NCBI GenBank assembly: GCA_028023455.1
Contig: JAQFVV010000005.1
Coordinates: 7,502,001-7,566,000, forward strand
DNA from: Epiperipatus broadwayi
Lineage: Eukaryota; Animalia; Onychophora
Direction: 5' to 3'
DNA: 64,000 bases
Within the stretch, counting starts at the first letter, position 1. Each line of letters opens with the position of its first letter. Both the position numbers and the translations under genes were made by a program. The notes beneath the pieces are model-generated. The model had not been told where the DNA came from, made no database searches, and saw nothing but the letters and a program-made list of their open reading frames with translations. Shown here one piece after another: positions 24,558 through 39,000 of this stretch.

Positions 24558-27227
24558 TTAGCTAGATTTCACCAGATCAAGAGGCTTGACTCTTTTCAGT
24601 CTTCTAACCATGCCTTCTTTGTTTAGAAGTTTACGAGCCTCGGCATTAACGTGCTTGTGAAGTCTATTTTCATGTTTTTGAGCTATTTTTTCAATTACTT
24701 GATTTACTGTTTCCATCCCAATGTCCTTGTGTAAATTGTCATTTCGTATGTACCAGGGGGCACCAACGATGCCACGTAGTACTTTATTTTGAAATCTCTG
24801 TATGATGTTTTTGTTGCTCTGGCAGGTACAGCCCCATAGCTGTATACCATAAGTCCATACTGGTTTGAGGACTTGTTTGTAGAGCAATATTTTATTGTGT
24901 ATTGACAACACTGAATGTTGATTCATTAGCCAGTACATCTTCCTATACTTTATATTTAGCTCTACTTGTTTATTTTTGACATGTTGTTTCCACCGGAGTT
25001 TAGCGTCTAGTGTCATGCCCAGATATTTGGCTGTATTCCCATGAGGAATAACTTGTTGACCTATGTATACAGGACTGTGTTCATCCTTCTTGTTGGTGAA
25101 ATCTACATGCCTAGATTTATTTTCATTAAGTTTTATTCGCCATTTCTTGATCCAGTGATGTATCTCGGTAGTAGCAATTTGTAGTTTTTTTGTTGATTCC
25201 ACACAGTTGCCCGCAACCGCCAGGATCACAGTATCATCTGCGAATGTAGCAACAGTACTATCTCTAAATGTGGGTATATCACTAGTGTACAATAGATACA
25301 GCACCGGTCCCAATACACTTCCTTGTGGTACACTGGCCTGGATTTTTCTTAGGTTGGAATAGGCATCTTCCTGTTTGATCCTGAAATATCTCCCTAGTAT
25401 ATAGGATTGTAGTATTTCTGTATACTGTGCAGGGAGAAGATTCTCAAGTTTATATATTAGGCCTTTATGCCATACTTTGTCAAATGCCTTTGCCACATCC
25501 AAGAACACAGCAGAGCAGACTTTCTTTTCCTCTAGCGCCTGCTCAATTATGTTTGTAATTCTGTGCACCTGATCAATTGTGGAGTGTTTATTTCGAAAGC
25601 CAAATTGATGATTTGGGATAAGTTTTTTATTTTTGATTATGAGTTTCACTCTCTTTAATAGGATTTTTTCAAACAGCTTAGATAAAATTGGTAGTAGTGA
25701 TATCGGTCGATATGATGTTGTTTCGTGAGGTGGTTTTCGGGCTTTAATATCATAATAACCTCAGCCACTTTCCAAAATTGTGGGACATATTTCAAGCGAA
25801 ACGTTGCATTGATCAAATTGGTCAGTTTCATAATAGCTTTCTTTGGTAATTGTTTTAAAATTTCTCCTGTAATGAGATCGAACCCAGGTGCTTTTTTCAT
25901 ATTGATATTAAAATTAATTTCTCCTCTGACCTCTTCTGGTGATGTTAGGGGTATTTCTTCACCTTCTACCTGTACAATCCTATCCAAGTTTTCCTCGTCC
26001 TGCCCATTATTTGGCTGAAATTTGCCTTCCAAATAGTCTGCAAAGGTCATTGCCTTTTGCTCATTACTCTTTGCCTAAGTTCCATACGACCCTTTAATGA
26101 GTGGTATCGGCCTGATTGGTTTTTTGAGATTCTTAGTGGCTCTCCATAATGAGTATTCTGTGCAAGCATCATTGGTGAGTCCTTTCAGAAATTCATTGAT
26201 AGAATCATTTTTGATTTGCTTTATTTCTTCTTTCAGTTGGGCAGTAAGACTATTAAACGTAGTTTTGTTTTGCGGTGCCCTAGTCTGTTGCCACTTCTTT
26301 CTTGCTCTTCTTTTTTTTTTGCAATTAGCTCTAATATCTCAATTGGATAACTGTTGTCGTTTACCCTTTTTTAATTTCAGGTGTGCTTTGCCATGCTGCC
26401 TGTTGGATATCATCCACAAATTTTTCGACTTATGCATCCAATTGTTCCACTGTTTTTAGGGGAATTTTCAGGTTTATTCTGCTTTCAAGTATTAGTTTGA
26501 AGTTCTCCCAGTTTGTTTTTTTATTAATCAGAGTTGGGTTATTTGCCTTCCTTAATGTGGTTTCACTCGGTGTCATTATGATTGGAGTATGGTCCGAACT
26601 CAATTCTACACTGTCTTCTACCTTCAGATAATTACAGGAGATCTTCCTAGTCACAAAGAAGTCAATCAGAGCTGGAATTTTGTCTGGATCAGCAGGCCAA
26701 TAAGTTGTTTTTCCTGCTGAGTATGTTTCACATTTATATTCATTTATTGCCCCTAGCAATTCTTTCCCCTTTGTTGTTATAAGTCTTGATCCCCAGTGCA
26801 TATGTTTTGCATTGAAGTCACCCCCGACGATGAATCGATCTCCAATATTTTTGAAGAATTCAATATATCTTTCTTTTTTGATTGCATGTTCTGGGGGGCT
26901 GTATATGCTAGCCACTGTGACAGCATAATTTTTAGTTTTAATATTGACTGCCACTGCTTGGATGTCATTAAATTCAAATTTCATTTCTTCATTATGATAT
27001 ATACTATCTTTCACTATTATTGCACTTCCCCCTTTGGCCAAATTTTTTGGATGGATGGAGTTGTAGACTTTGTATCCTCTAAATTTAATGAATGACTGCT
27101 TGGTGAAGTGTGTTTCTGATATTTGACATATATCGATTTTATTTATATCTAAGACTGCTTGCAGTTCTTGTTGATGTTTAAGCAGTCCATTTGCATTCCA
27201 TGCCCTTATTTTGAGAGTATTGGCCAT
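24558..27227 (-). pseudogene. Jockey ORF2 endonuclease-reverse transcriptase, frameshifted
   Basis: WNANG, ISETH, GGDFNAKH, IDFFV, SSDHTP; KKAPGFD, QFGFR, FLDVAKAFDKVWH, PQGSVLGP, FADD, YLGMTLD. It starts 2 nt after the ORF1 stop. Confidence 0.93.
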
Positions 27228-27229
27228 AT

Positions 27230-28916
27230 TTATTTTTTCCTGACTTCAAGTTTTATAACTCTTTCATTCACATCGGTAATTGATGTCTCTAGCTTTGTCA
27301 ATTTTAATAAGATGAGTTGTAGGGTCTGATTGATACCGATATTTTGTACATTTTGTGTTGTATGCTTGGTTGTTCCTGCCACAATTTCTGCATACATTGG
27401 TTCACGTGTTATGCTTATGTTTTTTAATTTACTTTGTTGCATTGGTACATCTTTGGTCATATTATCTTGTACATTTTGTACAGTATCTTCTTCAGTGTAT
27501 GTTGGTTTATAAGTTGCACCTAAGCTTTTCAAACAATTTTGTTGTATGAGTATGTCTTTTTTGGGCATTTTGTGGTCTTGATTAGTTTTGTTATTTCTGA
27601 TTTTTTGCAGTTCTTTTGCTACATAGCATCCTCTATAGTTAGCCGGGTGCTCTCCACCACAGTTCACACATTTTGGTTTTTGCTTTATAGTTTTTGGGCA
27701 GTTTATAGTTAGGTGTCTACCAGTGCACTTAACACATCTTGGGTCTTTTGCACAGTATTTTGGGATATGTCCAAATGACTGACATTTCTTACATTGTGGA
27801 ATTAGTTTGGTTCCTCTTATTGGTTGCACTTCTATTTTGCATCCCAATATATGAGATATTCCATAGATTTTTTATATATCTTCCCCATTTTCAAATGTCA
27901 ACATGAACATATTCAGTGGCGTTTTTTCCTTCCAGGATAGTTTATTGACTGCGTTAATTATTTTGTATCTTTTGTCTTTTATGTGATTGATGATATTGTC
28001 TGGTTTACATGAGTGATGTAAGTTTTTAACCATAACATGTATTGGCCGGCATTGTTTATTTTCATAAGTATGAAAGCTGTACTGACATTCTTGTAAGAAC
28101 TTCACTATTTTTCAATAACTATCTGAGTCAATGGCATTAATTTTTGCTGTTGTTTCATTAATAAATTTGACTTGGAAGTCTTTTTCACCAACAAATTTAG
28201 TTAAATTGATGTATAGCTGCTCATATGATTTAACATTTTCTACTATGACGGGGAAAAGCTGGGGATTTTTTGAATATTTGTTTGTTTACATTTTGAGTAG
28301 TGTTTTCTTTTGGAACTTGTGTATTGTTTCCCTCTTGTTTATTTATAGAATCTGTTAAGGGGTTTGTGGGATTAATTTTTCTTTTTTTGGCTTTATGTTT
28401 GACTCTTATCCATTCAGACTCTTTAGTTAAGTCTTCCTCTTCCGAATTATAATCAGGGTTTATGTTTGTGGTTTGTGGCACATCATCCCTATTATCAAAT
28501 CTGTTTTTTATCTTTGTTGTCTCTTGCATGCCATAGGTCATTTTCATCTCATTAATTTGTTGTTGCAAGTTGTTTATCATTTGTTTCATCTATGTGTTAT
28601 CACTGACCACTCTTTGCCATTCATTAGTAATTCTTTGCCATTCATTATACAATGTTTGCTCATTTTGCGTTCATACACTGCGCTTCTGAAACAGGGTGTT
28701 ATTTTGGAGGATTAACATATATTCGTTGACAGCACTGGGTTGCATATTACCGAGTATGTATTCACTGACAGTATTAAATGGTATATTGTCCCATCCATAC
28801 TCATTGGTTAGGCTAGTTTCTGTATTGTTACGCATTATTTGTGAAACTACCTGTTGTTGGTAGTAGTTATGATCATCTCCATCCACCGTATTCTCCCTGC
28901 CATATTCCATTTTCAT
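27230..28916 (-). pseudogene. Jockey ORF1 (gag-like, PRE_C2HC region + 3 zinc knuckles), frameshifted
   Basis: FHTYE..RPIHVMVKNLHHS; QCKKCQSFGH..C; RCVKCTGRH..C; KCVNCGGEHPANYRGC. Confidence 0.9.
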
Positions 28917-31079
28917 AATTCATTACCCGTAAGTAGCGTGTTAGTTAATATGATTTTTGTTCTTTTTCCCTTATTTTTCTCTCAGAGCTTGCTCTGAGAG
29001 TATTATTCTTATGTGCTCTAATTGCTATCGCTATTATATTCAGTATAACAGTTTAGGTTAAGTAGTAAGCTCCAATGCTGTTATTGCTCGTAATGAAGTA
29101 AAATTTTGCTTTTTAATACTAACAATCCTCTAATAATAGCTTTCGTCAAATGTAACATAACATACATGAGCCGCCATCTTGTCCACGTTTTTTTTTAATA
29201 TGTCATTAGATGGCACTAAAATATAGAAAGGATAACTTAACTAATTTCTAATAGTATAATAAGTGGAAAGAATTAAATGATATTGTGTTGATATTAACAT
29301 TTCTAGCCAAAGAGAAAAAATGCTTATAATTAGAATTAAACTTACTTTAAACTATGTGACTACTAACTCTAACATTACAAACAGGTTGGAATAGGTTCAA
29401 AACCTAAATGGTTTTTAAAGTTTAATAATAAAAAGGAATTAAATGTGCTACCAGATGCATAAGGGCATTGATTCCAGATTTAAATCCCAAGTTCTTATAA
29501 ATAAAGCAAAAATTCAGAATTCTATTTGCAGATAGGATTAAATTGCACTATTTGATAATCACTGATTACTCAACCTTACAAGAAATGGTGCTGGAGTAGG
29601 GAAAATAGAACTCATTTTTATTTCTATGACAAAATATATTTAATAATTGGAATTTAATATTTGTATATCTAGAGATGCATATCTGACTTTCTGATGGTGA
29701 TTCAAATGCCTCCCTCCTATTTTTATTCAAGGAAAATCTACCTTTAGTTATTAAATAAAGTTTTGTTAGTTAACAAAGAGAAATCAAGTCCTGATAAGTA
29801 GATGAATAACATTCCATTTATTCATAAAATGTTTATTGTTCTGATATCATTTTCAGTGCTCCCAAATCAGTGTGCCATAACACACTGATATTATGTTGGG
29901 GACAATTTATTAAAAAATTTACATTAAACTAATAACAAAACTTTATTTCCCATTTCTAGATTTAACATGAAGTAACACAAAAAATAATTATGATTTTAAA
30001 AAAACATTCATTTAAAAACAACTATAAACAGTTTTTATCATATGAAGATATCGTTAAGAATATAATTTTGCAAGTTTCTGCTACCTATATATGAAAATCA
30101 GCATGTTCAGCAACGGAAACCATAAAAAATGTAAACAATCATCTTTAATAACAAGTTAAATTTGCTGAAAAACACTTTGTTTGAATGATGTAAAGAATAG
30201 CTATTTATTTTGATCATAAAAATATGGTTAGTATTTTAATATAATACAAATTATTCTCTAATTTTAACATTAACTTTGCTAATTGAAAAAAAATGTATCA
30301 TACACATGTTACTCTCCTAAATGCAAAAATAAAATTGAGAACTGCCTGTTTAATAACAATTATAAATATTCTAACAATATTTTATTTAATTGTTTGTAAA
30401 TATTTTGAACAAGTATATGCGTTTTTGATATAACTCAAGTTTACATGTGTATTGTCTCATCTTTGTGCAAAACAGAGTTAATGCCAACTGTTAAAAAAAT
30501 TAGTAAAGTGTAAGCACTAGATAACAAAGTTTTATGGACAGACTAAATTATGAGTTTATAATATTGTTGTCATTTAAAAAATGTTTCCATTCTGAGTCAT
30601 AATCTAGAGCAATTGTGATAAATACTACCAGTTTTAAATAAATATTCATAATATAAAGATATTAAACACTTTTGCATCAAATTGATTTAAAATAGTATAT
30701 TAAGATATTTAATTTAATCCTATCATTTGATGCTAAGATATAGTTTTCAAAAGAATGTAGCATAATGATCTAACTTCGTTCTATCAGATCTCAAGAATTT
30801 GTTGAAGTTAGTTTGTAAATACAATAAAGGATTTGACTGGCATATTGCATTTAAAACAAGAAGGAGAAAGAAAAACTATTGATTAGATAAATTATTGATC
30901 AAGAATATTGAATCATTATGATTATATTAAATTGAAAATATTTTGGAGATGTGATAAAGAAATTTATTATTAATGAATAAAAAGAATTTTTGGAATACCA
31001 AACAATTTCTCAATAAATTCATATACAACTTCATTCTTAAGGTTGAATTGTTTTTTTTTATATGAAAAATGAACTAAAT

Positions 31080-32330
31080 GGGAAGCCTAAGCAAAGAGAA
31101 CTTTCAGGATATTGAGGAAATAGTTATTAGATTCAGAAAAGATTGCAAATCAAAATGACTTGAAGATACAAGATAGAAGCATAAAGACAATTAAATTCAA
31201 TATATATAAATGAAAATCTGCTTTCATTTAAAAATACCTGGGAGGGGGGGATTTTTGTCATTTGAATACTTGAACAGTTTTTACTCGGGTGTGATTCAAG
31301 AGCTCATGATATCTGGATCAATTTCCAGTTGAAGAAAGTAAAACAAAATCTTAGCTAAGTCAGGTTATAATTGAACTATTGCTTTCTGCTTGTCAATTCA
31401 TTCTGTAATTGGCAATATGACAATGCATAAAATTTCTGAATAAAATTCCACAGATAATTTTTTGAATATGCCATTAATCATTGTAGATCCTACCCTAATT
31501 GAGTATTCCAAGAGACAACAGATACTTTTGCAACTAGTCTCAAGGAATAAGTGGCACATTGGTAGTTTCTACCAAGAAATTCTAAACAATATGTAGTCAG
31601 ATATTTTAGGGACAGACTGATCACAGTGTAGTAATTTAAGAATAAGCCATTTTATGCATTTATGATCATATCAATATCTATATCACTTCAAGCTAAAAGT
31701 TCAAAAATGTGTTGCAGAGCATATATGTTTTGGAAAGCAAAGAATCTACAAATCTGAATATGTACATATCATTTATTAGAACTCTCATGTATGATTTTTG
31801 CTAATATTTGTTAATATGAATGCTTTTTAGTCACGTTTATTTCACAAAACATGTACTGAATTGATTCACAGTTGTGAAATATCTTTAAAAAGGAAACAAG
31901 AATAGTCAATCTATATAACTAGAAATGAGAAATTATAATGCAATCATCAGCAGAAGTTGTATTCTAAAGCCCAGTATCATGAGAATACATTAATAATTAT
32001 ACCAAAAAAGAAATTTGGTATAATGAAAGAAATGTGCAAGAATGCGGCATACAGTATACAAAGCAAGTGATATTGACACATATGTAATTACTCATTTTGA
32101 TGTTTCATTACTAGAATGCTATGCAGATGACATTTACATTTGTAACCTCAGATGCATAGTTAGCAAGTATTTAAACAAGGTCAAAATCAACACACACCAG
32201 ACATATATGACTTCAGAATTGTATTTGCTTGAAATAGAGAGTTCATTTATATTTACAGGTGAGAGCTTATTTGTACTAATTTTAAAAATTATATTAAATA
32301 CAGCATTTTTTAATAATGAATAAGTACTTT
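31080..32330 (+). pseudogene. possible very old LINE debris
   Basis: IVIRF and IYINENL (ORF1-like, ~31120-31225) and CYADDIYI (RT motif, ~32115-32140); no further motifs confirmed. Confidence 0.35.
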
Positions 32331-34059
32331 CTGGCTTTGCCAATTTAACAGAATCATGTTAAATAACTTTTCACCCTATCCCTGTTAGAAATGGCTACTT
32401 ACATTTACAGTCTCCACTGAAATTGAAGTCACTCTTGTTTAAATATTGTTAGATTTGATATCCTTAAATATACCTGAGGCTAAAAATATAAATTGTTATT
32501 TTAATACATTAAAGATCAGCCTTTCAAGCTATTGTGCATATGCTTTTTACGAGTGTTTGTATTTGCATGACATTCTAGCAGGGATGGTAGTGAAAAGTGA
32601 TTTAAAACTGTTCTGTTAAGTTGTCAAAACTGAAAATTATATATGGTATTTAATAAAATTACATCTCCATTCTAATGTAATATTGCATACACATGTAAAT
32701 ATAAAATTCAAATGGAAGTAAATTAATTTACCTAAAAATTTTGAATAAAGACTACCAATATCTCATCAAAATGATAAAGAATGGAATATTCAAATCAGAC
32801 TAATATGTAATTTCCACTCTTTATGTAAAGATTGACTTTTTTATCATTTAGTGATAAATAAGATGTTTATTCATAGTTTATGGGGGGGGGGGATAGTTTA
32901 CTTCCATTTGAATTTTATACATTAAAGAATGCCTATTAGATATTTATATTGAAACTGAAACCTTCCAATCTCTTTCCGTTTCACCATCAACCTAATGACC
33001 TATTCATCTGAACTAGTTTCGAACCTATTCTAAATGTCAAAATGTTATGTATAAATCAAGTGGTAAAGTTTGCTGTCATGGCCGCCTGAAAGGCATCATC
33101 CATTTACATATGAAAGTACGCTATAATTAGACAGGTTAGATAAAATTAGAGCGTAGAAATCCTCATAATTATTCATAAAATATTTTATTAATTTATCAGT
33201 CAGTTCTTAATTATATTCACTATTATATTCATATGTGGATGGATAATTTAAACCATGAAATTATGGCATAATGATTTATATATATTTAAGATTAAATAAA
33301 AATAGTATAAAATGTTTTCTTTAAAATATATTTACGGTTTTCGGATTTAATGTTTAATAGATATAACTGAAACTAAAGTATTTTTTTTATAAGATCTGTC
33401 AAATTTGCTTTTTTTAAAATAAACAATATAAAGAAAATATGTTAAAAGTTAGTTATATCAAGTTAAAATAAAAGTCATCGGTTTATAATTAAAAATGGGA
33501 ATTTTGTGTAAACAAGAAATCAATTAGTGACCGCACCTGGGGTAAAAGTAAAATCTAGTTTACTGATTGAATTTGTTTCAACAAAAGATTTTATCATTAA
33601 ATCCGAATACCGTTACTATCTGCTAAGCCTTAACATTTTATAACACCTAAAAAGGAATTTAATTAATGAAATCGGAATCAAAATTATATAATTTATACAT
33701 TTTAATAATTTTTTCAAGTAAATTAAAGATAACACCTCAGAGACTTTATCAGTAGAAGAAAATCAGATTATATGATTTTGTTTAATTAAAAGTCAATTGG
33801 TCCTGAGGCAAACAAAATTCAAAAAGGTGTTAAAGCTTGGTGGAAATGTATAAATAGGCTAGATTTTAAGCGGGAAGATATACTCCCATCTTGCTTTTGA
33901 AGAGCTGTTACTACGAGAAGCTGAAAATTTGTTAATTTAGCTATGGCCTGCTAGTCAGGCAAGAATTTGATGCCTTTCCCATGATGGAATGTCGGAATTT
34001 GATCCATCCAAGGCCGGAGCAACAACCAACATTGCCTTAACAAGCTTATAATAAATAGA

Positions 34060-34236
34060 AGATGCCATAAGCCGTTAAAAGAACTCACTTTCATTCAAAT
34101 TCAACTATCCCAAGTCCAGCTATAGGAATACCATCTTAAATCGTCTCCCAACTAAAGAGTAGATGCCATAAGCTGCCAAAGAACTCGCCATTCCAGCTCA
34201 AGTATCTCCAGTCCAGCTATAGGAGGACCATTTAAA
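34060..34236. repeat. diverged tandem duplication, period 101 bp
   Basis: agatgccataagc..gaactc..agtccagctatagga..ccat at 34060 and 34161. Confidence 0.85.
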
Positions 34237-35929
34237 AATTATTAAAATCGCAGAACTCTGTGTAAAATTCAAAATAATCATTATTGCTTCAAAATCAGGT
34301 TAGCTAACTATATTGTAAACTCTTTGTAAATTGTCTTATCAATAATATTTCAATTTTATAAATGACATACTTTTGTTAATTTCCTTTATTAACTTCTTGT
34401 TTTGCTATATAACTTAATCACTGCAGTTATATTTATTTCTCTCTTGCTTATTTTAGTCATTATTAATTATGCCTATGTCTCGAAATGGCGTGCATTTAGT
34501 TACGAAATATATTCTTTTTGAAGATATTATTTTAAATCTTCGTATTGTATTAATTATAGCGTCATTTAGCGCTCTGTTTCGAAACCCTAATTTATAAATA
34601 ATGGCAACCCTTTGTGCTCATTATTTTGTCATTTAGTAAATAATTAATGTAAATATAAAATGTGGCTTATAAATCCAAACTTTCAACCTTTAATTATTAT
34701 GTTACTAAAGATTAAACTAGCCTGGAGTGTAATCATAAGTATATTTTTCTTATTAAAGTATTCGTAAGTCCCTTAAATATACTTCCCCCCTTTAAAAGTT
34801 TATTAATTATAGATAACTAAGAGATTGAACAGGATAAAGTAAAGTTTGTATATATATATATATTCTCCTATCAGTAGCTTATATGTATTTCTTATGCTAC
34901 AGAAGAGTTGGCTCTTTTGATCAAGCTGATAAACTAGTGTTCATTTAATGTATGGTATTTTAATTTACAATATACTTCTGCTTGGCGGATGTGAAATTTA
35001 TTAATATTTTATCGTTGTGCTGTTTTTTTTTATATATATAAGATGGAGCCACGGTAAGTCCAGCCCATCTTCCTCTCTTATGGGTAGTGCAGTAGCTAAG
35101 ACTGAGCTAAGAGCCAGATTAGTACGTAAGTCCCCCACCTCTTATGAACCAAATAAAGGTTCCCTTTTACCAGCACGATGATCGGTCATTGGGTAAACTG
35201 GTATTGGTCATGAAAACCCTAAAATCTATTCATCCATCCGCAGAGCCACTTTATTATTATATTTCACTTGTGCCTAGCGTATTAGTAAAATCTTTATAGC
35301 CAACTCTACCTCCATAATATGCAATCTTTGGCATTGAACCGAAGCATTTTCGAAAACCCATTCGATTTAAAGCTATTGGTGATGCTTGATATGCCCATAT
35401 TTAATATAAAAATTTATCATAATCAGACGTATTATTAAGCTCCACTCCAGACTTGGTTTGATTTCATGTATAATAGCCACTCGAACTGATTATAAAACAG
35501 TATAACTAATAAATGGAGTGTAGTGATTGATTATATAGCATAATATTAAGCTTCAATTAAATAATAGCCACAAATTTATTTTACTAAATGGCCTAGTGTA
35601 ATGTTACTTAATAAATAAAAACGCCTGCGTGCATTTGCCAACGCTAAATAATGGTTATATCAAAATATATATGAAATTGTCAATAAATATATTATATAAT
35701 TCATCATATATCAGTTTCTGTCTCATTATTAAATCAATCCAATTCACTAATTGACCATAGCTATTCATTAGTAAAGCCCCTATTAATTAAATATATTAGA
35801 TTTTATGTTTGGAATGTTTCTAGTATTTAAGTTGTTTATATATATATATTTAAGTCCATGAGTCTTATTGTTTTCTCCGATTTGCTAGCGGGCCAGATTA
35901 AGAATTAATTCTCATGTGTCATCATTGTT

Positions 35930-36000
35930 ATGTTGTCCATTAGGTGTTTGATCTGGGACTGGGAGAGTGGGTTCAAATCCAGGCTGGTCCCTGACCTATA
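35930..36000 (+). other. possible tRNA-derived SINE head
   Basis: B-box-like gggttcaaatcc at 35969-35980 with a weak A-box about 35 nt upstream; no cloverleaf. Confidence 0.3.
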
Positions 36001-39000
36001 TCTCAGGCTTGACTGGGTTTGAAGTACATTCTTTGTAGTTCCAGCTCGTGTTAGATGGAGAAACATGTTTTGACCGGTACAATATACAGTATACATCTAC
36101 TGTTACAAATTTTTATGTATATATGAATTGTAAGAAACATTCTAAAGTTAATTTAAAAACGCTCAAAACATTGTTCATAATGTTATCTAAAAATAAATTA
36201 TTCAAGAAGCAAAATAAATGCCTAAGCTTAAAAAACATTTTATTATTGATTAAATAATACTTCTATTATGGTGAGCAGTGATCATCATTGTCAGCCACTT
36301 TTTGAAAAAATATTGATTATGCTACTCTAGAAAAGTGAGTATTCTGCTTTTATCTATCAGAAAACTTAATTAGTATAACATTTTGTATTTTTTAAGCCAA
36401 TTTTATTTAATTTTTAATTAAAATTTGATTTATGTTTTTTCAGGTTAATAATTTCCAAATAAGCTTAGATTTTTTTCCCCCATATAAATGGCTCGTATGC
36501 AACTCAGATATTCAATAATTGGTTAGCAAATGTATATCTAGTCATACTTAATTAAAGGATTAAAAGAAAAATGTTCCCTGATTTAATATTAAGCAAATTA
36601 GTGAACATTGTTCTTTTATAAAGAGATACCGGAGAAATCTCATCCATATTGTGTTATTTAAAGAAATTTTATTAATTTTTACCCTGGGAAATATTCAAAA
36701 GTAATATGCATATTATTACATATTATTGCATGACATATCCTATGATGTGCTGAAAATAAAATAAAAGCTGCATTCTAATAGAAGCATTTCTAAAATAAAT
36801 TAGTGTATTTATACTTCAATAAACTTTAACAATTTAAAATTTTTACTTCTTATCCTTAAGTTTAAAATGAAAACAAACAATTTAAAATATATGAGAGATT
36901 AATGACTTATGATGGCTTTCAATATCTCTCGACTGCAAAATATGATGTTGAAAAAAATCTGAAGAATCAACTCATTCATATTTTTATTCATTAATTTATG
37001 TGAGCACAATTTTTGAAGACAATGATTTATTACAATTTTATATTATTTTTACATATTTAAATGAAGAACCTCATAGTACAATGTTAGCATATATACCATG
37101 TCTATTGCTGACCTTGAATCCAGACTGAATGAATTTGAAAATTTTTTAAAATATTTGGAATTTTTATTTCAGAGAGCTAACTCATAAATAGTTAAACATG
37201 CAATATTGTTGATAAGTGGCTAAATAGCAAATCCTAGTTAGAGATTAAAATAAGGATGGAAAAACTAAAATCTTTATTCTTTTTCTATAGGGACTTCTAG
37301 AGTTCTTTGCTCAGCAGTAGGTTATTTAAAGATTTTTATCTTTTAATTAATATAAATTTGGTTAGTATAGTATTTCTCAACTTTTAATCAATTAGTAATT
37401 GTTTAATGAGGTAAAAAGGTGTTGCTATATTTTTGTGATAACTTTATAATAGCCTGAATTTATATATATATTGTAGCCATATTGCAACATTGCTGTATTA
37501 ACATTAATAGTTGACAGCATGCTCCTTAAGTTTAGAGTTAATTAGTTCATGGAGAAATAGTATTTAATCTTCCCATGTTTTTATAATAATAATAATGGGT
37601 ATTATTTAAATATTTTGTTTATCACATGATAATGTGAGCATTTTCAAATTTTTTAAACATAATTTGAATATTTGAAATGTATTATAATTTATAAATGTTT
37701 GTAAATAAGAGAAATAATTTTTTTCATTTTCTCTTCAATAATTTTTAGTATTTACTAGTGATAATTTTAATTTTGGAAAATTTACTAAAAAAATTTTCTC
37801 TTCAGTAAATTATTTAATAATTTTAATTTCAACCTTTTAAGAGAGATAAAATAGATAAAGTTGAAAGGAAAAGAAAAAATATAAGATTTTAATATTTTTG
37901 TTAAATTTTAATTTAATCAGTTTTTTCATCTCTTCAGTACAACAACCAGTGTTTCTCAAGTCAGTGTAATTAACTGATTATCTTGTTTTTCTTTTGGTAT
38001 AAGAAAAAAATTAAGATTAATTTATTTTGGCATAAGAAAAAGAAGTGCAGGGGGATTTTTTAACTTGTGTTGTAATTTAAAAAGGGAGAAATAACCACAA
38101 TTCTTTTTTGGTCAGTATTAAATTTTGTCGTATAGAAGACAGGATTGTAATTGGTGAAAGACATTTGTTCCAAAAATAGAGCACGAGTAAATCAGAAGAT
38201 CTCAGTATCTAGTAAGAAGAGATCAGTGTGAACCACACTATTACAGGGAACAGAAGTCTCAACCAAGCTGTTGAAGAAGACAGAAGAAAAGCTTCAAACA
38301 AGCTATTAAAGGGAACAAGGATAATTCCTGACTCAATTGTTGAAAAATACAATATTCTGAGACAAGTGCTGAAGTCAGTAGTAAATATAATAAAGCTGTT
38401 GAGAAGAGCAATCATTCCTGACTCTACTATTAAAGCAGAAAACATGCAGAAACTCAACTGTATAAATGTTTTCTACAATGAAAACATGCACTATGTTTAG
38501 CTAAAAGCTAAACATAATCTACCTCCATGTAACTTGCCTCATTAGAAAAATATAAAGAACAAATTCTAAAGTTATCTGCAACAAAACCTGGTCTCCAACC
38601 AAGAGCATAAGTGTCACTATATATTTGCATCAAGTGGGAAAAAATTATTGGAAAGAAAAATGAATATATTCTTGTTCTGTATATTAGCTTAAAATATATT
38701 GCAAAATGAAGTAAAAAGAAATAATTGTATGTATATTAACATAGAATTAAGAAGCCTTCAAGAACATCTAATTGAAAAAACTGAAAATTACAAATGCAAA
38801 GGACTTTAAAAGAAAATTAAAACAATGGTTCAAGGTATCTTATTTTTTTCTTTTATGTGCACATTAAATTTAATTTTATGGAGGTTTTAAAATTAGGTAG
38901 CAATTGATATTAATTAATAATTTGTAGTTTTTTTTTTAATTGAACATGCTTTTTTTTTAATTTATGTGGTTTTTAAATCAAAATTATACTTTTTTAAAAT

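Larger units (their letters stand above)
24388..29190 (-). mobile_element. near full-length Jockey-clade LINE
   Basis: ORF1 with three CCHC knuckles, ORF2 APE + RT, and a poly(A) tail (poly-T at 24388-24398). Candidate TSD tgtcaataga (24378-24387) / tgtcattaga (29201-29210). Confidence 0.92.

Noticed and set aside
33000-33050. CGAAACTAGT (hammerhead 3' half) on the minus strand
   Set aside because: No recognisable CTGANGA or helix II upstream.
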